The notes under the pieces: generated by a model | What the model was told of the DNA's origin: nothing | Database searches by the model: none | The model's input: the letters and a program-made list of their open reading frames with translations, nothing else | Program-made: the position numbers and the translations under genes | Shown: piece by piece, positions 24,854 through 34,957 of the stretch | Numbering within the stretch: the first letter of the stretch is position 1 | Layout: each line of letters begins with the position of its first letter | From: Candidatus Zymogenaceae bacterium | GTDB lineage: Bacteria; Desulfobacterota; Zymogenia; Zymogenales; Zymogenaceae | Assembly: GCA_016933535.1 (NCBI GenBank) | Contig: JAFGAS010000077.1 | Span: forward strand, 1,540-65,539 | Direction of reading: 5' to 3' | DNA: 64,000 bases

Positions 24854-25467
24854 CAGAGATTTATTATCAACCGTTCGGGGCAAAAGGCCTCGGCGAAACG
24901 GATTCGAGCCTGAATTCCGCGGTAATTGGCCAGAGACCGGGAGATCTCGAGGATCGAGAGCCCTTCGATGTTCGTCTTCATCATCTGGGAGTGGTGCGCC
25001 ATGAGGGCCTGTTTCTTGATATCCATGAATCTTTCGATATCAACGAAGACCTTCGGGGTGAAGTGTTGGGTCGAAGGGACTTCGTAATACATGACGTTTC
25101 TGATGTTTCGGGCGGCCGAATTGAGCGCCCTGGCAAGCTCCCGGTGATCCTGGTGGGTGTCGTCACTGAAATTCACAAATATCATTTTGGGATCGACATT
25201 CTCAATGACCCGTTCGATTGCGTCGATCAGATCCTTCTGGGCAGGTGGAAAGGTATCGGAGAATCCTCCCCAGAAAATTCTTTTGGCCATGAGTATCTCC
25301 CGGGCCTTTTTCTGCTCCGTCGCCCGTTCCTCCCCGTCTCCGCCCTTCTCTCCTCTCGTCATAACCATGAGATAGACAGTATGTCCGTTATTGGCATATT
25401 TTGCCAGCGTTCCAGCACAACCGAATTCGATGTCGTCGGGATGAGCGCCTAATGCGAGAATATTCAT
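24853..25467 (-). CDS. PIG-L/LmbE-family N-acetylsugar deacetylase
   Basis: MNILALGAHPDDIEFGCAGTL ... HQDH. Confidence 0.9.
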   Translation of the reverse strand: MNILALGAHPDDIEFGCAGTLAKYANNGHTVYLMVMTRGEKGGDGEERATEQKKAREILMAKRIFWGGFSDTFPPAQKDLIDAIERVIENVDPKMIFVNFSDDTHQDHRELARALNSAARNIRNVMYYEVPSTQHFTPKVFVDIERFMDIKKQALMAHHSQMMKTNIEGLSILEISRSLANYRGIQARIRFAEAFCPERLIINL

Positions 25468-26150
25468 GGTACGGTCCCTCGCAAATAATCAAGTGCATTG
25501 GGTCCAATATTAAAAACAAGGTCTATAATGGAGAGGTTGGGGGCAAACGCGCCGAAGAGCTGCGGATAATTGGGTGCGCAAAACTCCTGGAAGGAAAGCT
25601 TCACCCCACCTTCTTTAAAGACGTCCTCATCGATATATTCCCTGCCGCCCGCCCCCGATAGATACGTGTCGCCGCCCAACAGCTTGACGATCTCGACGAG
25701 CCGCCGGTCCCGATGGTTGTCCACCTGGGGGAGGTCGGAGGCTACCGCCAGCGCGGTCTCGATGCCGAGGAGGCGCGCGATCAGCTGTGCTGCGGCAATG
25801 TTGAGCTCTGAAATCCCCTCGTAGGTGTCCGTGAGAAGTTTTTCAAAGTCTCCGATATAGCGGGCAAAAAAGGGCGCCCTCCCGTAACACGATACGAGGG
25901 CCGCCAGGTGTTTTCTTGCCCAGGGCACGCTGTTGTTTATCATGACCTCGTTGATCGTCTGGCCGAAACGGTAAAGCACCGGCACGGTAAGCCACTGAGG
26001 TCCCCGGGGTCCCTTAATCAGGTTTCTGTTCTGGAACTCGTTCTTCTTATACTGCACGGTATCCAGGAAGACAAAGGCGTCGGCCGTATCCATTTTATGA
26101 AAATATCCGCCCCAGGCCATGTACTGCGGCTGATGAACGGCGACGATCAC
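25464..26150 (-). CDS. WbqC-family protein
   Basis: VAVHQPQYMAWGGYFHKMDTADAFVFLDTVQYKKNEFQNRN, as I remember for WbqC-like proteins in O-antigen loci. 4-nt overlaps on both sides. Confidence 0.8.
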   Translation of the reverse strand: MIVAVHQPQYMAWGGYFHKMDTADAFVFLDTVQYKKNEFQNRNLIKGPRGPQWLTVPVLYRFGQTINEVMINNSVPWARKHLAALVSCYGRAPFFARYIGDFEKLLTDTYEGISELNIAAAQLIARLLGIETALAVASDLPQVDNHRDRRLVEIVKLLGGDTYLSGAGGREYIDEDVFKEGGVKLSFQEFCAPNYPQLFGAFAPNLSIIDLVFNIGPNALDYLRGTVP

Positions 26151-27316
26151 GATGTCTCTCCCATCAAATCGAGATAGAGCCGGGCCGTCTTCTCGATAAA
26201 CCCCTCGACGCCAAACCGCGTTTCAACCGATCGCTTGCCCGCCCGTCCCATTTCCCGGGCCCGGTTCGCGTCCCTGATCAGGCCAATACAGGCGCCCGCC
26301 AGATCATCGGGGTCCTCGGCGGAAACAAGGATCCCGGTAACGCCGTCCGTGACCGCCTCGGGGATTCCCCCGACGCGCGATGCGACCACCGGCAGGCACA
26401 GCGCCATCGCCTCCAGGATGCTCATCCCCAGCCCTTCGTTTCTGGACGGCATCGCCAGCAAATCGGCCCCCGAGAGAAGCCGGCCGATATCGGTGCGAAA
26501 TCCGAGAAACGAGAACCGGTCCTTCATGCCGAGCCGGCCCACCTGGGACACGAGAGCCCCGCGCTCCGGGCCGTCCCCGATGACGAGAAACCGGACGTTT
26601 TGTGCACCGCCGACCTGTGCAATGATCGACGGTGCCGCGGCCGCCATCACGTCATACCCCTTTATCCGTACGAGCCTCCCGACGCATGCGATAACAAAAT
26701 CGTCCGCACCAATGCCGAGCTCGCCGCGTGCTCCCCGGCGGTCGGCGGCGGCCGACAGCGCGGCCGCATCGACCCCGTTGGGGATTGTCACGAACTGCCG
26801 CCGGGTCCCGATACCCCGGGTAAGGTATTCACGGCCCCCCGCATCCGAAAGGGTCACGATCTTATCACACCACGGAGCCGCCATCCGCTCCGCCCAGCGG
26901 TAGGCTACCGTTTCATAGCCGGGGAAATAACCGGAAAAAATATCCCCGTGGGGCGAATAGACCACCCGCCTTTTGCCCGTGAGCCGCGCCGCGAGCCGTC
27001 CCAGGAAACCGGCTTTGGACGTATGTGTATGGATAATATCAAACCTTTTATCCTTTATCAAGTCGATAAGCCCGATGAGGGCCGAAAGATCTCGTAGCGG
27101 GGCGACGCTCCGTCCGAGCCGCCTGATCCGGTGCACCTCAACGGGGAGACGCCCGGCCTCGTGCAGCAGATCGGTTCCCTCGGGGGCGGGGCCCGCCGCC
27201 AGCGTTTGAGAGAACCGGTCGCGATCCAGCCCCCCCAGAAGATCCAGGAGCACCCGCGGCGCGCCTCCCTCCTCCATACGGGTGATGACGTGCAGGATTT
27301 CGATTCGCTTTTTCAT
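26147..27316 (-). CDS. glycosyltransferase, GT-B fold (GT4 family)
   Basis: PSRNEGLGMSILEAMALCLPVVASRVGGIPEAV (E-x7-E region). Confidence 0.9.
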   Translation of the reverse strand: MKKRIEILHVITRMEEGGAPRVLLDLLGGLDRDRFSQTLAAGPAPEGTDLLHEAGRLPVEVHRIRRLGRSVAPLRDLSALIGLIDLIKDKRFDIIHTHTSKAGFLGRLAARLTGKRRVVYSPHGDIFSGYFPGYETVAYRWAERMAAPWCDKIVTLSDAGGREYLTRGIGTRRQFVTIPNGVDAAALSAAADRRGARGELGIGADDFVIACVGRLVRIKGYDVMAAAAPSIIAQVGGAQNVRFLVIGDGPERGALVSQVGRLGMKDRFSFLGFRTDIGRLLSGADLLAMPSRNEGLGMSILEAMALCLPVVASRVGGIPEAVTDGVTGILVSAEDPDDLAGACIGLIRDANRAREMGRAGKRSVETRFGVEGFIEKTARLYLDLMGETS

Positions 27317-27332
27317 GGCCGTCCATTGGACA

Positions 27333-28484
27333 TCAGAACCGATAGAGCTCCGTACAGCGGACGCACGCGGGGAAATATCCCCGCCTTTTGATCTCGCGCC
27401 GGTAACCGACGTACCGGTCGTTATTCCAAATGGCCGAAAACGGCTCTTCCCGCACGTTTCCCATCACCACGCCGTTGCTGAGGCACGGCCTGACCGTGCC
27501 GTCGGGAAAGATATAGGCCACCATCCAGGGGCTCATACACGCCGGCGCGTAACTCTTTGGGGTAAACTCGAAAGAGCCGTAGTAGTCTCTCACCTCGTCA
27601 TCGGTGAGGTTTGGATAGACCGAAGCCCCCCTCTCCCTGACATCGGAAAGCCCCGCAATGAGGATATCGGGGTCGATATCGGGAAGTCCGTCGACCGCAA
27701 ATCCTTCCCAATCGCATACCGGCATATCATACAGAGACAGCATCAGTTGTTGGTGGGCCGCGTACATCTTTCGGCTGATGAAAATAAGATGGTGAAAAGT
27801 GACTTCCTCGGCGCCGAGGGATCGTGCCGTATCGAGGGTCTCCTTCATTTGCCGGTAGTTGAAATCGAAGATCGTGCTGTTGACATTGACCACCGGTCGT
27901 CGGGAACCGCTCCGTTGCTTGGCCTCGGCAAGCAGGCGGAACCCGGCGGCCGCATCGGTAAAGACCCCGGCCCTATTGCGCACCCGGTCGTGGACCTTGG
28001 GAGGGCCGTCCAGTGAGAATATGACCTCGTCCAGGCCCAGACGCACGAGATCGGGGGCCCAGCGGGAGAGGAGCGTCCCGTTGGTGATGATATTTGCCCG
28101 AAGGCGCGCCCCCTTGATGATCTCCAGAGCACCGACGATATCCTTGTAGAGGAGGGGCTCGCCGCCGAAAAGCGTGATCGCCGGGGTAAACCCCCGCACG
28201 CCGTCGACAACGGTCTTGATATCATCCAGCGTCAGCGATTGACGTTTCACTTCATCCGTATAGCCCTTGGCCGCCCCGCCTTCTCCCCATTGACCGCACA
28301 TCGTGCAGCGAAGATTGCAGCGATAGGCCAGCAGTATCGATACCGTTTCCGGGGGGGCGCTTTTGCCCCCGCCCAGATAATAGGAGAGCGTCGAGCGGGC
28401 CCGCTTGAAAAGGACCCGGGCGGCATACCCCGGGAACTCCCGGGCCTTGCGCAGATTTCTCCTGAGATTGCGTATCGAAATCAT
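27333..28484 (-). CDS. radical SAM / SPASM-domain enzyme inside the glycan operon
   Basis: CNLRCTMC (CX3CX2C), FGGEPLL, C-terminal CMSPW...DGTVRPC...CVRC Cys-rich SPASM-like tail. Confidence 0.85.
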   Translation of the reverse strand: MISIRNLRRNLRKAREFPGYAARVLFKRARSTLSYYLGGGKSAPPETVSILLAYRCNLRCTMCGQWGEGGAAKGYTDEVKRQSLTLDDIKTVVDGVRGFTPAITLFGGEPLLYKDIVGALEIIKGARLRANIITNGTLLSRWAPDLVRLGLDEVIFSLDGPPKVHDRVRNRAGVFTDAAAGFRLLAEAKQRSGSRRPVVNVNSTIFDFNYRQMKETLDTARSLGAEEVTFHHLIFISRKMYAAHQQLMLSLYDMPVCDWEGFAVDGLPDIDPDILIAGLSDVRERGASVYPNLTDDEVRDYYGSFEFTPKSYAPACMSPWMVAYIFPDGTVRPCLSNGVVMGNVREEPFSAIWNNDRYVGYRREIKRRGYFPACVRCTELYRF

Positions 28485-28667
28485 CTATTTCTTCTTCTGG
28501 TTATTCATATAGTCGTCCCGCTGCAGGTCATGGGGATAGTAGTAGGTCTGCTCGGTATTGAAATAGTCCGAAATAGTCCTTATGATGACCGGCAGAAAGA
28601 CGGCAACCCCCAGTAAGACGAGGAAAATGATAAGATAGATCTTCATTCTTCGCTTAATTCGGGACAT
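28485..28667 (-). CDS. 60-aa single-pass membrane micro-protein
   Basis: MSRIKRRMKIYLIIFLVLLGVAVFLPVIIR... It exactly fills the gap between two genes, and its TAG stop abuts the ATG of the radical SAM gene. Lower GC than its neighbours. Confidence 0.5.
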   Translation of the reverse strand: MSRIKRRMKIYLIIFLVLLGVAVFLPVIIRTISDYFNTEQTYYYPHDLQRDDYMNNQKKK

Positions 28668-28671
28668 TGTC

Positions 28672-29853
28672 TTACATCGTCCTCTTGATTGTATCGATCA
28701 TAGTCAAAATATCGTCCTCCGACACCAGCGGATGGGTCGGCAGGACCAGGAGCCTCTCGGCGATGAAGGCGGCCTCGGGGAACGGGTCGGGAGACCGGGC
28801 GTACCCGAGATCGTAGATATGGTGAACCGGACGCTCATACATGCGCGCCGTATCGATCCCCCGGGCCAATAACGACGTCCTGAGCCGTTCAATGACTCTT
28901 TTGTCCTCGATGACCACCGGCAGATGATTGAACGAGGGGACCGCCCCTGAGATGACCCTCGGCGTTACGATGCCGGGCACGCCGGCAAGCCCCGAGAGAA
29001 GCGTCGTCCCGTTTTTGACCCGCGCGGCGACCTGGCGATCGACGGCATCCATCTGACCTGTCCCGAGCCGTGCGACAAACGGGGTTGCCCCGGACGGCTC
29101 AAAACGGGCATGGACAGTGGTTGACTTGAAACGGCCGATGATCGGCAGCAGCGCCCCGTAGACCGCGGGCCGAACCGCACCGGCAAGCAGCACGAGCGTA
29201 ACGAGGAGCCTCAGGTCAAACAACGGGCCGGGCTCTTTTAACGACCGCACCTCCCGCCGGACCGCGCGGCCGATGTCCGGGTCGTTGGTCGTGATTACCC
29301 CGCCGCGAAACGTTGAAATAATCTTTCCCTTGCAGAGGGAAAAGAATCCCACGTCCCCACCCCCTCCCACGCGCCGCCCCCCCAGCATCGCCCCCGGCGC
29401 CTGGGCGGCATCCTCAACGACAAAAAAGGAGCCCTCCCGCGCCATCTTCCGGATAGGGGCCGGGTCCATCGGGAAGCCGAACAGGTGCGCCGGCACCACC
29501 GCCAGCGTCTTCTTGCCGATCGAATTGCCGAGCTTTGCCGCATCCATGTTGAAAGTCGTCCGATCGATATCACAGAGCCGCGTCGAGAGGCCCGCCCGGG
29601 ATATCGCCAGCGTCAGGGTGGGCACCATATAGGCGGGGATTACTACCTCGTTCCTTTCGGAGAAGTCGCCCAGCGCCTTGAGGATGACGTACAACGCCGA
29701 CGTCCCCGATCCCACGAGGAACGCATGCTTTACGCCCGCATACCGCGCAAAGGCCTTCTCAAAGGAGTCGACATCCCCCTCGGCACCGGAAACGAACGCC
29801 CCGATAGTACGCCCAACGGAGGCATGGAAAGAATTTGTGGGAACTCGTCTCAT
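28672..29853 (-). CDS. DegT-family PLP aminotransferase (second copy, atypical N-terminus)
   Basis: FEKAFARYAGVKHAFLVGSGTSALYV, VEDAAQAPGA, FFSLCKGKIISTFRGG (PLP Lys). Confidence 0.8.
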   Translation of the reverse strand: MRRVPTNSFHASVGRTIGAFVSGAEGDVDSFEKAFARYAGVKHAFLVGSGTSALYVILKALGDFSERNEVVIPAYMVPTLTLAISRAGLSTRLCDIDRTTFNMDAAKLGNSIGKKTLAVVPAHLFGFPMDPAPIRKMAREGSFFVVEDAAQAPGAMLGGRRVGGGGDVGFFSLCKGKIISTFRGGVITTNDPDIGRAVRREVRSLKEPGPLFDLRLLVTLVLLAGAVRPAVYGALLPIIGRFKSTTVHARFEPSGATPFVARLGTGQMDAVDRQVAARVKNGTTLLSGLAGVPGIVTPRVISGAVPSFNHLPVVIEDKRVIERLRTSLLARGIDTARMYERPVHHIYDLGYARSPDPFPEAAFIAERLLVLPTHPLVSEDDILTMIDTIKRTM

Positions 29854-30506
29854 CTGCGGGCCTCAATAACAAAGGCACTGGGGAAACACCAGAAGGGATA
29901 ATATATTCCGACCTTCCTAACGACCCGGAACCCGTGTTGTCCGAGCAGACGCCTGACCCGCCCGAATCGATAGGCGCGCACCGGCAGCCTTTTCGTCGAG
30001 GGATCAAAAACCGTCGAATAGCGGTACGCGCAACTGATAAGGGGATCCCAGGCGTTCCTGATATCGAAGATGAGGCTCCCCCCTTCCTTGACCAGTGCCC
30101 CCGCCGCCGAGACGATCGATTCCAGCTCCGACCAGGACGGCTGGTTGTGCAGCGTATTGATACAAATGACCCTTGAGAAAGCGGACCGAACAAACGGGAG
30201 GACGTCTCCCCGGCCACACATCCCGAAAAACGCGCCGTGGCTTCCGACTTTCTCCTGCGCCCTCCTGAGGTTGTCGCGGTCTATATCCATTCCGATGAAT
30301 CTCTCGGTGATCCCCCCGCGGACCGCCTCCCGGGCCAGGAGGCCTTCCCCCACACCGACCTCGAGAACCCATCCCCCCCGCCGCTCGGAAAGAATGACAA
30401 CGGCCGCATCCCTGATCCGGTCCGACAGCGGTCCCCGGGAGAGGTCCGAACCGGCGCCCCCGCGCGCCTTCATGAACATATGAGCGATCAATCCCCTGAG
30501 ATTCAT
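29850..30506 (-). CDS. class I SAM-dependent methyltransferase
   Basis: VLEVGVGEGLLA motif I, FIGMDID, FSRVICINTLHN. ATGA overlap with the upstream gene. Confidence 0.85.
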   Translation of the reverse strand: MNLRGLIAHMFMKARGGAGSDLSRGPLSDRIRDAAVVILSERRGGWVLEVGVGEGLLAREAVRGGITERFIGMDIDRDNLRRAQEKVGSHGAFFGMCGRGDVLPFVRSAFSRVICINTLHNQPSWSELESIVSAAGALVKEGGSLIFDIRNAWDPLISCAYRYSTVFDPSTKRLPVRAYRFGRVRRLLGQHGFRVVRKVGIYYPFWCFPSAFVIEARR

Positions 30507-30537
30507 GAGAAACCGGTTGTCCTGTCATTGAGGAACG

Positions 30538-31470
30538 TTATGTGGCACCACGCCGATACGTATCGAGCCCTTTTATAAATCCCTTTAATGCCCAGGGGAT
30601 TACCCCCAACCGTCTGTTCTTTATCGCCGAGAAGGGGAGCCTGGCGGTAAACCAGGCGGCAAAAAGCGGAAAAAGCGACGCCGGATAATTCTTTCGATAA
30701 AAGAGGCAACTGTTGTGGCCATACCAGAAGAACCAATCTTGAAGATTTTTCGGCCGACACCCGCCGGCCGGTTCCCGGAGATGGACAAGCACGGCGGCCG
30801 GCTCAAACACGAGCCGGTATCCCTTGGCCCGCACGCGAAGGGCAATATCCGTCTCTTCGAGGTGGGCGCTGCCACCGAAGCGGCCGTCAAATCCGCCCGC
30901 GTCGTCGATTGCCCGCTTGAGAAAAGACATATTACACCCGCGAACATGGTCGGCCCCCGTCGGTATATCGGCGTCAAAATGGTCCCGGATGATAAGTCCC
31001 CAAAACTTGATCTTGGCTATACGAGAGTGCCGCTTCTGTGTCTTTTGCGGCACGTTACCGGGAGGCAGTATCCTCCCCGCCACTCCCCCCACGCCGTCCC
31101 GGCCGTAAGCGGCCCCATGGGCACAGATCAAGCGGCGGCCGGGGATTACGTCGTCGTCGACAAAAAGGATCACGTCTCCCCGGGCGGCGGCCACTCCGGC
31201 GTTGCGGGCGTCCGGGAGGCCGGGCTGCCGCCTGCGTATATACCTGATACGCGCGCGCCCATTCTCCATGAATTCGAGCACGTCTCGCTCGGGTCGGGGG
31301 GTCTGGTCCACGACGATGACCTCAAAGTCCGGGTAGTCGTTTTCAAGAAGTCCCCGGACCGTCTGGATAAGAAGCCCGCCCCTGTCTATGGTAGCCACGA
31401 CCACGGAGACAAAGAGGTGAGCATCATTGTCACGGGTGCTTGCCGTCCGGGAATGCGTTTTTATGTTCAC
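30538..31470 (-). CDS. glycosyltransferase family 2
   Basis: VSVVVATIDRGGLL...DFEVIVVDQ...ILFVDDDV. Confidence 0.9.
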   Translation of the reverse strand: MNIKTHSRTASTRDNDAHLFVSVVVATIDRGGLLIQTVRGLLENDYPDFEVIVVDQTPRPERDVLEFMENGRARIRYIRRRQPGLPDARNAGVAAARGDVILFVDDDVIPGRRLICAHGAAYGRDGVGGVAGRILPPGNVPQKTQKRHSRIAKIKFWGLIIRDHFDADIPTGADHVRGCNMSFLKRAIDDAGGFDGRFGGSAHLEETDIALRVRAKGYRLVFEPAAVLVHLREPAGGCRPKNLQDWFFWYGHNSCLFYRKNYPASLFPLFAAWFTARLPFSAIKNRRLGVIPWALKGFIKGLDTYRRGAT

Positions 31471-31489
31471 GGCGCCCCTTTACGACTCG

Positions 31490-32605
31490 TTATTTTCGTC
31501 CGTTGCGGCGCCCGATCCCTCGTTTGTGCCGTTGGGCCATGAGGGTATCGACCGCATCCAACACCCGCTTGGCGTCGATACCTTCAAGGCAGCGCATATC
31601 GTCACAGGAATAACGGACGCAGGGGGAACATTCGACACGATCGGAAATAACCACGACCCCCGCCCTGTCCGTCGGGGCGTAGCGATCGGGATTTTCCGGG
31701 CCGAATATTGCCACGATCCCCGGTCCCTGGCTAGCCGCCGCCAGATGCATGGGACCGGTATCGTTGGTGATCATTATATCACAACGCCCGATCATCTCAA
31801 ACAAAACCCTGGTCGGCACATCGATGAGGATAGACGCCCCCTTCACGCCGCGGGCCACGCTCTGTACGATATCGTTTTCGTGCGAAGATCCGCACACCGC
31901 TACCGACAGTCGGTGGCGCCGGGCAAGGTGATTTCCCACGATGACGAATCTCTTTGCATCCCATCTTCTCGTGGGGCGCCAGGCCCCCGGCACAAGAATC
32001 GCGACACCCCTATCGTCTTTTTTCCGAAGCGAGTCAAAAAGGCCCCGTGCGGTCCGGACGTCCCTTTCGGTTGAAAATACCCGCATATCCGGTATCGGCA
32101 CGTCCGGGAAGAGGGCCCCGACAACGGCCAGCTTCCGGTCCGTCTCATGAATGTTCGAAAAAAGGTCTTCCCCAACCTTCACGTCCAGGTAATCGGCCCA
32201 CCCGTTCGTGTTTCTTCCTGCCGTCCGCGATGGAGAAATCAGGGAGAGAAGGAACCCTCGCCTGCGCGCCGCCTGCGGGCTCTCGACGGCCATCAGGTCC
32301 ACCACAAGACCATAGCGTTTCATCCGCAGGCGCAGAAGCGTCATGATCGAGGCGATAAACCGAATCCCGCCGGTTATTGAGGGCCTGCCCGTCAACACGG
32401 AGACGTCAACGGTATAGGTGCGGCCGATAAACGGGGCCTTTTCCACAATGGGGGCCGAGCGCTTCACCGTGAGGATATCGAGCCTGCCGCCAGGAGCCCG
32501 GGCCGCCAGGCACTCCAGGGCCGGTGTCGCCAGCACCATGTCCCCTATCCCGCCGATGTTGAGGACCAGTACCTTTTCCGTCTTATCTATCATCACACAC
32601 TTCAT
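31490..32605 (-). CDS. glycosyltransferase family 9 (heptosyltransferase-like)
   Basis: VLVLNIGGIGDMVLATPAL and ITNDTGPMHLAAA. Start trimmed to M35 of the track ORF; M39 at 32593 is an alternative. Confidence 0.8.
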   Translation of the reverse strand: MKCVMIDKTEKVLVLNIGGIGDMVLATPALECLAARAPGGRLDILTVKRSAPIVEKAPFIGRTYTVDVSVLTGRPSITGGIRFIASIMTLLRLRMKRYGLVVDLMAVESPQAARRRGFLLSLISPSRTAGRNTNGWADYLDVKVGEDLFSNIHETDRKLAVVGALFPDVPIPDMRVFSTERDVRTARGLFDSLRKKDDRGVAILVPGAWRPTRRWDAKRFVIVGNHLARRHRLSVAVCGSSHENDIVQSVARGVKGASILIDVPTRVLFEMIGRCDIMITNDTGPMHLAAASQGPGIVAIFGPENPDRYAPTDRAGVVVISDRVECSPCVRYSCDDMRCLEGIDAKRVLDAVDTLMAQRHKRGIGRRNGRK

Positions 32606-33800
32606 CGACCACCGCCAGAAGTTTTGCGGCCGTCTTCTCCCAGCTGAAATTATCGATAACAAGGTCCCGGGCGCTTTTTCCGATCTCTGCGGTGAGCGAT
32701 TCATCATAGGCTAACGTCTCTATCGCCCCGGCAAGTTGGCCGGGCGTCGCCCGTTCGATACGATAATAGTCCTTCTTGTGGGTCAACGGCAGGCCGAAGG
32801 CCGACGTGCTGTTGCCGATGACCGTACCGCCCGACGACATATACTCAAGCAGCTTCATGGTTGCGCTCTCCGAACCGTCGACCGTGAGGTCTATGAGTAT
32901 CGTCGACGCCCTGAGATATACGGGAATATCGCGATTTTTCTTCATCCCGGGAAAAAGTACCCGGCCGGCGATGCCGAGTTCTTCGGCCAGATCTTTGCAG
33001 CGGGCCAGGTCGTGCCCCTCTCCAACCATGACGAAATCTATATCCGCGTGTTTCGTGACGACGATCCGGGCCGCCCGAACGATTACCGGCGTAAGGGAAT
33101 GGGGATAGAATGTCCCGACAAAGGTGATATATCTTTTTTTTATATCAAGACCGAGTTGCCGGGCCGCATCGGTTTTATTGCCGGGTGAAAAGAGCCCGGT
33201 ATCGACGCCGTTGGGCACGAAACGAACCTTTCGCTCGTCGATCCGATACTCCTTGCGGAAGAGCCTGAGGTAGTTCTTTCCGGCAAAGACCAGGGAGTCG
33301 GCGACTTTGAGGTTCACCCACTCAAAGAGCTTAAAGACGGCGAGCTTCGCCCGGGAGACCCCGATCATCCTCAGGTCCCTGAGGATAAAGCCGTTAATCT
33401 CCATAACGACGGGGGCGCCGAGCAGCCGGGCGCAACACGCAATCGGCGTGATAAGGCTCATCTCCCGGCAGTAGACCGCGGCGGGACGCCGCCGTAGGCC
33501 GAAAAGGAGGATATACAGGGCAACGACAATAAGGTAGAGGTATTCCCTGACGATTCTGACGTTTATCGTCGGGACGTATACCACATCGCAGGCGGGCCGA
33601 ACCGAAAAGGGCCATATCCCGGGGGCAAAAAGGGTGACCCTGACTCCCAGCCTCTCCCAATTGTCCACCACTTCCCGGATATGAACGGTCCAGGCCCCCT
33701 CCTGAGTGAGGTCTTCGAAACAGACGTAGAAGAGATGCCTTTTGCGCCGGCCGCCCTTCTTATCTTTCGTACCCACTATCCTCCCCCCCCGGCCGTGCAT
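32583..33800 (-). CDS. glycosyltransferase, GT-B fold (GT4-like)
   Basis: Rossmann-like halves with a C-terminal ...SESATMKLLEYMSSGGTVIG region. The antisense ORFs are shadows. Confidence 0.75.
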   Translation of the reverse strand: MHGRGGRIVGTKDKKGGRRKRHLFYVCFEDLTQEGAWTVHIREVVDNWERLGVRVTLFAPGIWPFSVRPACDVVYVPTINVRIVREYLYLIVVALYILLFGLRRRPAAVYCREMSLITPIACCARLLGAPVVMEINGFILRDLRMIGVSRAKLAVFKLFEWVNLKVADSLVFAGKNYLRLFRKEYRIDERKVRFVPNGVDTGLFSPGNKTDAARQLGLDIKKRYITFVGTFYPHSLTPVIVRAARIVVTKHADIDFVMVGEGHDLARCKDLAEELGIAGRVLFPGMKKNRDIPVYLRASTILIDLTVDGSESATMKLLEYMSSGGTVIGNSTSAFGLPLTHKKDYYRIERATPGQLAGAIETLAYDESLTAEIGKSARDLVIDNFSWEKTAAKLLAVVDEVCDDR

Positions 33801-34951
33801 CCGGAAAACAGCGCCATCAGCTGCCGTGCCACGTCTCTTATCTCGAACTCATCGACGACCTTTTTGCGCCCTTCGAGTGAAAACCGCTTTGCCATGTCGG
33901 CGTCGGCAAGCAACCTCCCGATTGCGCCGGAAAGCGCCCGGGCGTCCTTTTCCGGAACGAGGATACCGTTCTTGCCGTCCTCTACCAGTTCGGGGATTCC
34001 CGACAGCCTCGTCGATATCACGGGGACGCCGCAGGCCATCGCCTCCATGAGGACGACCGGAATACCGTCTTTGTGTCCGTCGCTGCACGTCACGCTGGGC
34101 AGTACAAAGAGGTCGGCCTCGCGGTAGAATTGCACGACCTTCCGGTTATCCACGGCCCCGAGGAAGTCCGCGTTGACTCCGAGCGATACGGCCTGTCTCA
34201 TCAGCTCGGCCTTGAGCGGGCCGTCGCCGATGATAACCGTCCGATAACCCTTTTGGTCGAGTGACGGATCAGAAAGGGCCTCCAGTAGATACCGGATCCC
34301 CTTCTGCTGGACAAGGTTTCCCACGGTCACTATCGTCTTCTTGCGTGGATGCCCCTTCGGTTTTAGGCGGTCAAAGACAAAGCGGCGCGTATCAACCCCG
34401 CAGTGAATAACGTGAAACTTCGTCTCGTCGGCGCCCGTGGTCTCGATAAGATAACGGCGGTTATATTCCGAGATGCAGCGGACAAAGGCGGCATCGGCAC
34501 ACTTCTGAGCGAGAAATTCCCGGTCGATCGGCTCCTTGAACAGATCGTAGGCGTGGGCGGAAAACCCGTAGGGGATTCCGGTGAGTATTGACACCGCCCG
34601 GGCGACCGCGGCGGGCGCCGTGGCGAAATGAGCGTGGATAATGTTCGGCCTTTCCCGGCCGATTATCCGGGCCGTTGAGAGGGCTGCCAGCGCTATCTTT
34701 TTCCCCGCATAAGACGACAGTTTCCGGAAAAGGCCGGACGCCTTGACCGGATGGGCAAGAGAGACGGCCCCCGCGTTCACGAGGTCTCCGGCCATCGTCC
34801 TCTTTCGATACCGGGCCTCTTCCTCAAATACGTCATAGACCGCGGGGTTTACGGGATGGACTACTATTTGTGCCCCCAGACCGCTCAGGGCGTCGACCTC
34901 ATATTTGAGCCACCCCCCCGTTATATGTTCAAGAACGTAGGCTATTTGCAT
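33776..34951 (-). CDS. glycosyltransferase family 4
   Basis: LPSVTCSDGHKDGIPVVLMEAMACGVPVISTRLSGIPELVEDG. Confidence 0.9.
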   Translation of the reverse strand: MQIAYVLEHITGGWLKYEVDALSGLGAQIVVHPVNPAVYDVFEEEARYRKRTMAGDLVNAGAVSLAHPVKASGLFRKLSSYAGKKIALAALSTARIIGRERPNIIHAHFATAPAAVARAVSILTGIPYGFSAHAYDLFKEPIDREFLAQKCADAAFVRCISEYNRRYLIETTGADETKFHVIHCGVDTRRFVFDRLKPKGHPRKKTIVTVGNLVQQKGIRYLLEALSDPSLDQKGYRTVIIGDGPLKAELMRQAVSLGVNADFLGAVDNRKVVQFYREADLFVLPSVTCSDGHKDGIPVVLMEAMACGVPVISTRLSGIPELVEDGKNGILVPEKDARALSGAIGRLLADADMAKRFSLEGRKKVVDEFEIRDVARQLMALFSGCTAGGGG

Positions 34952-34957
34952 CGGCGG

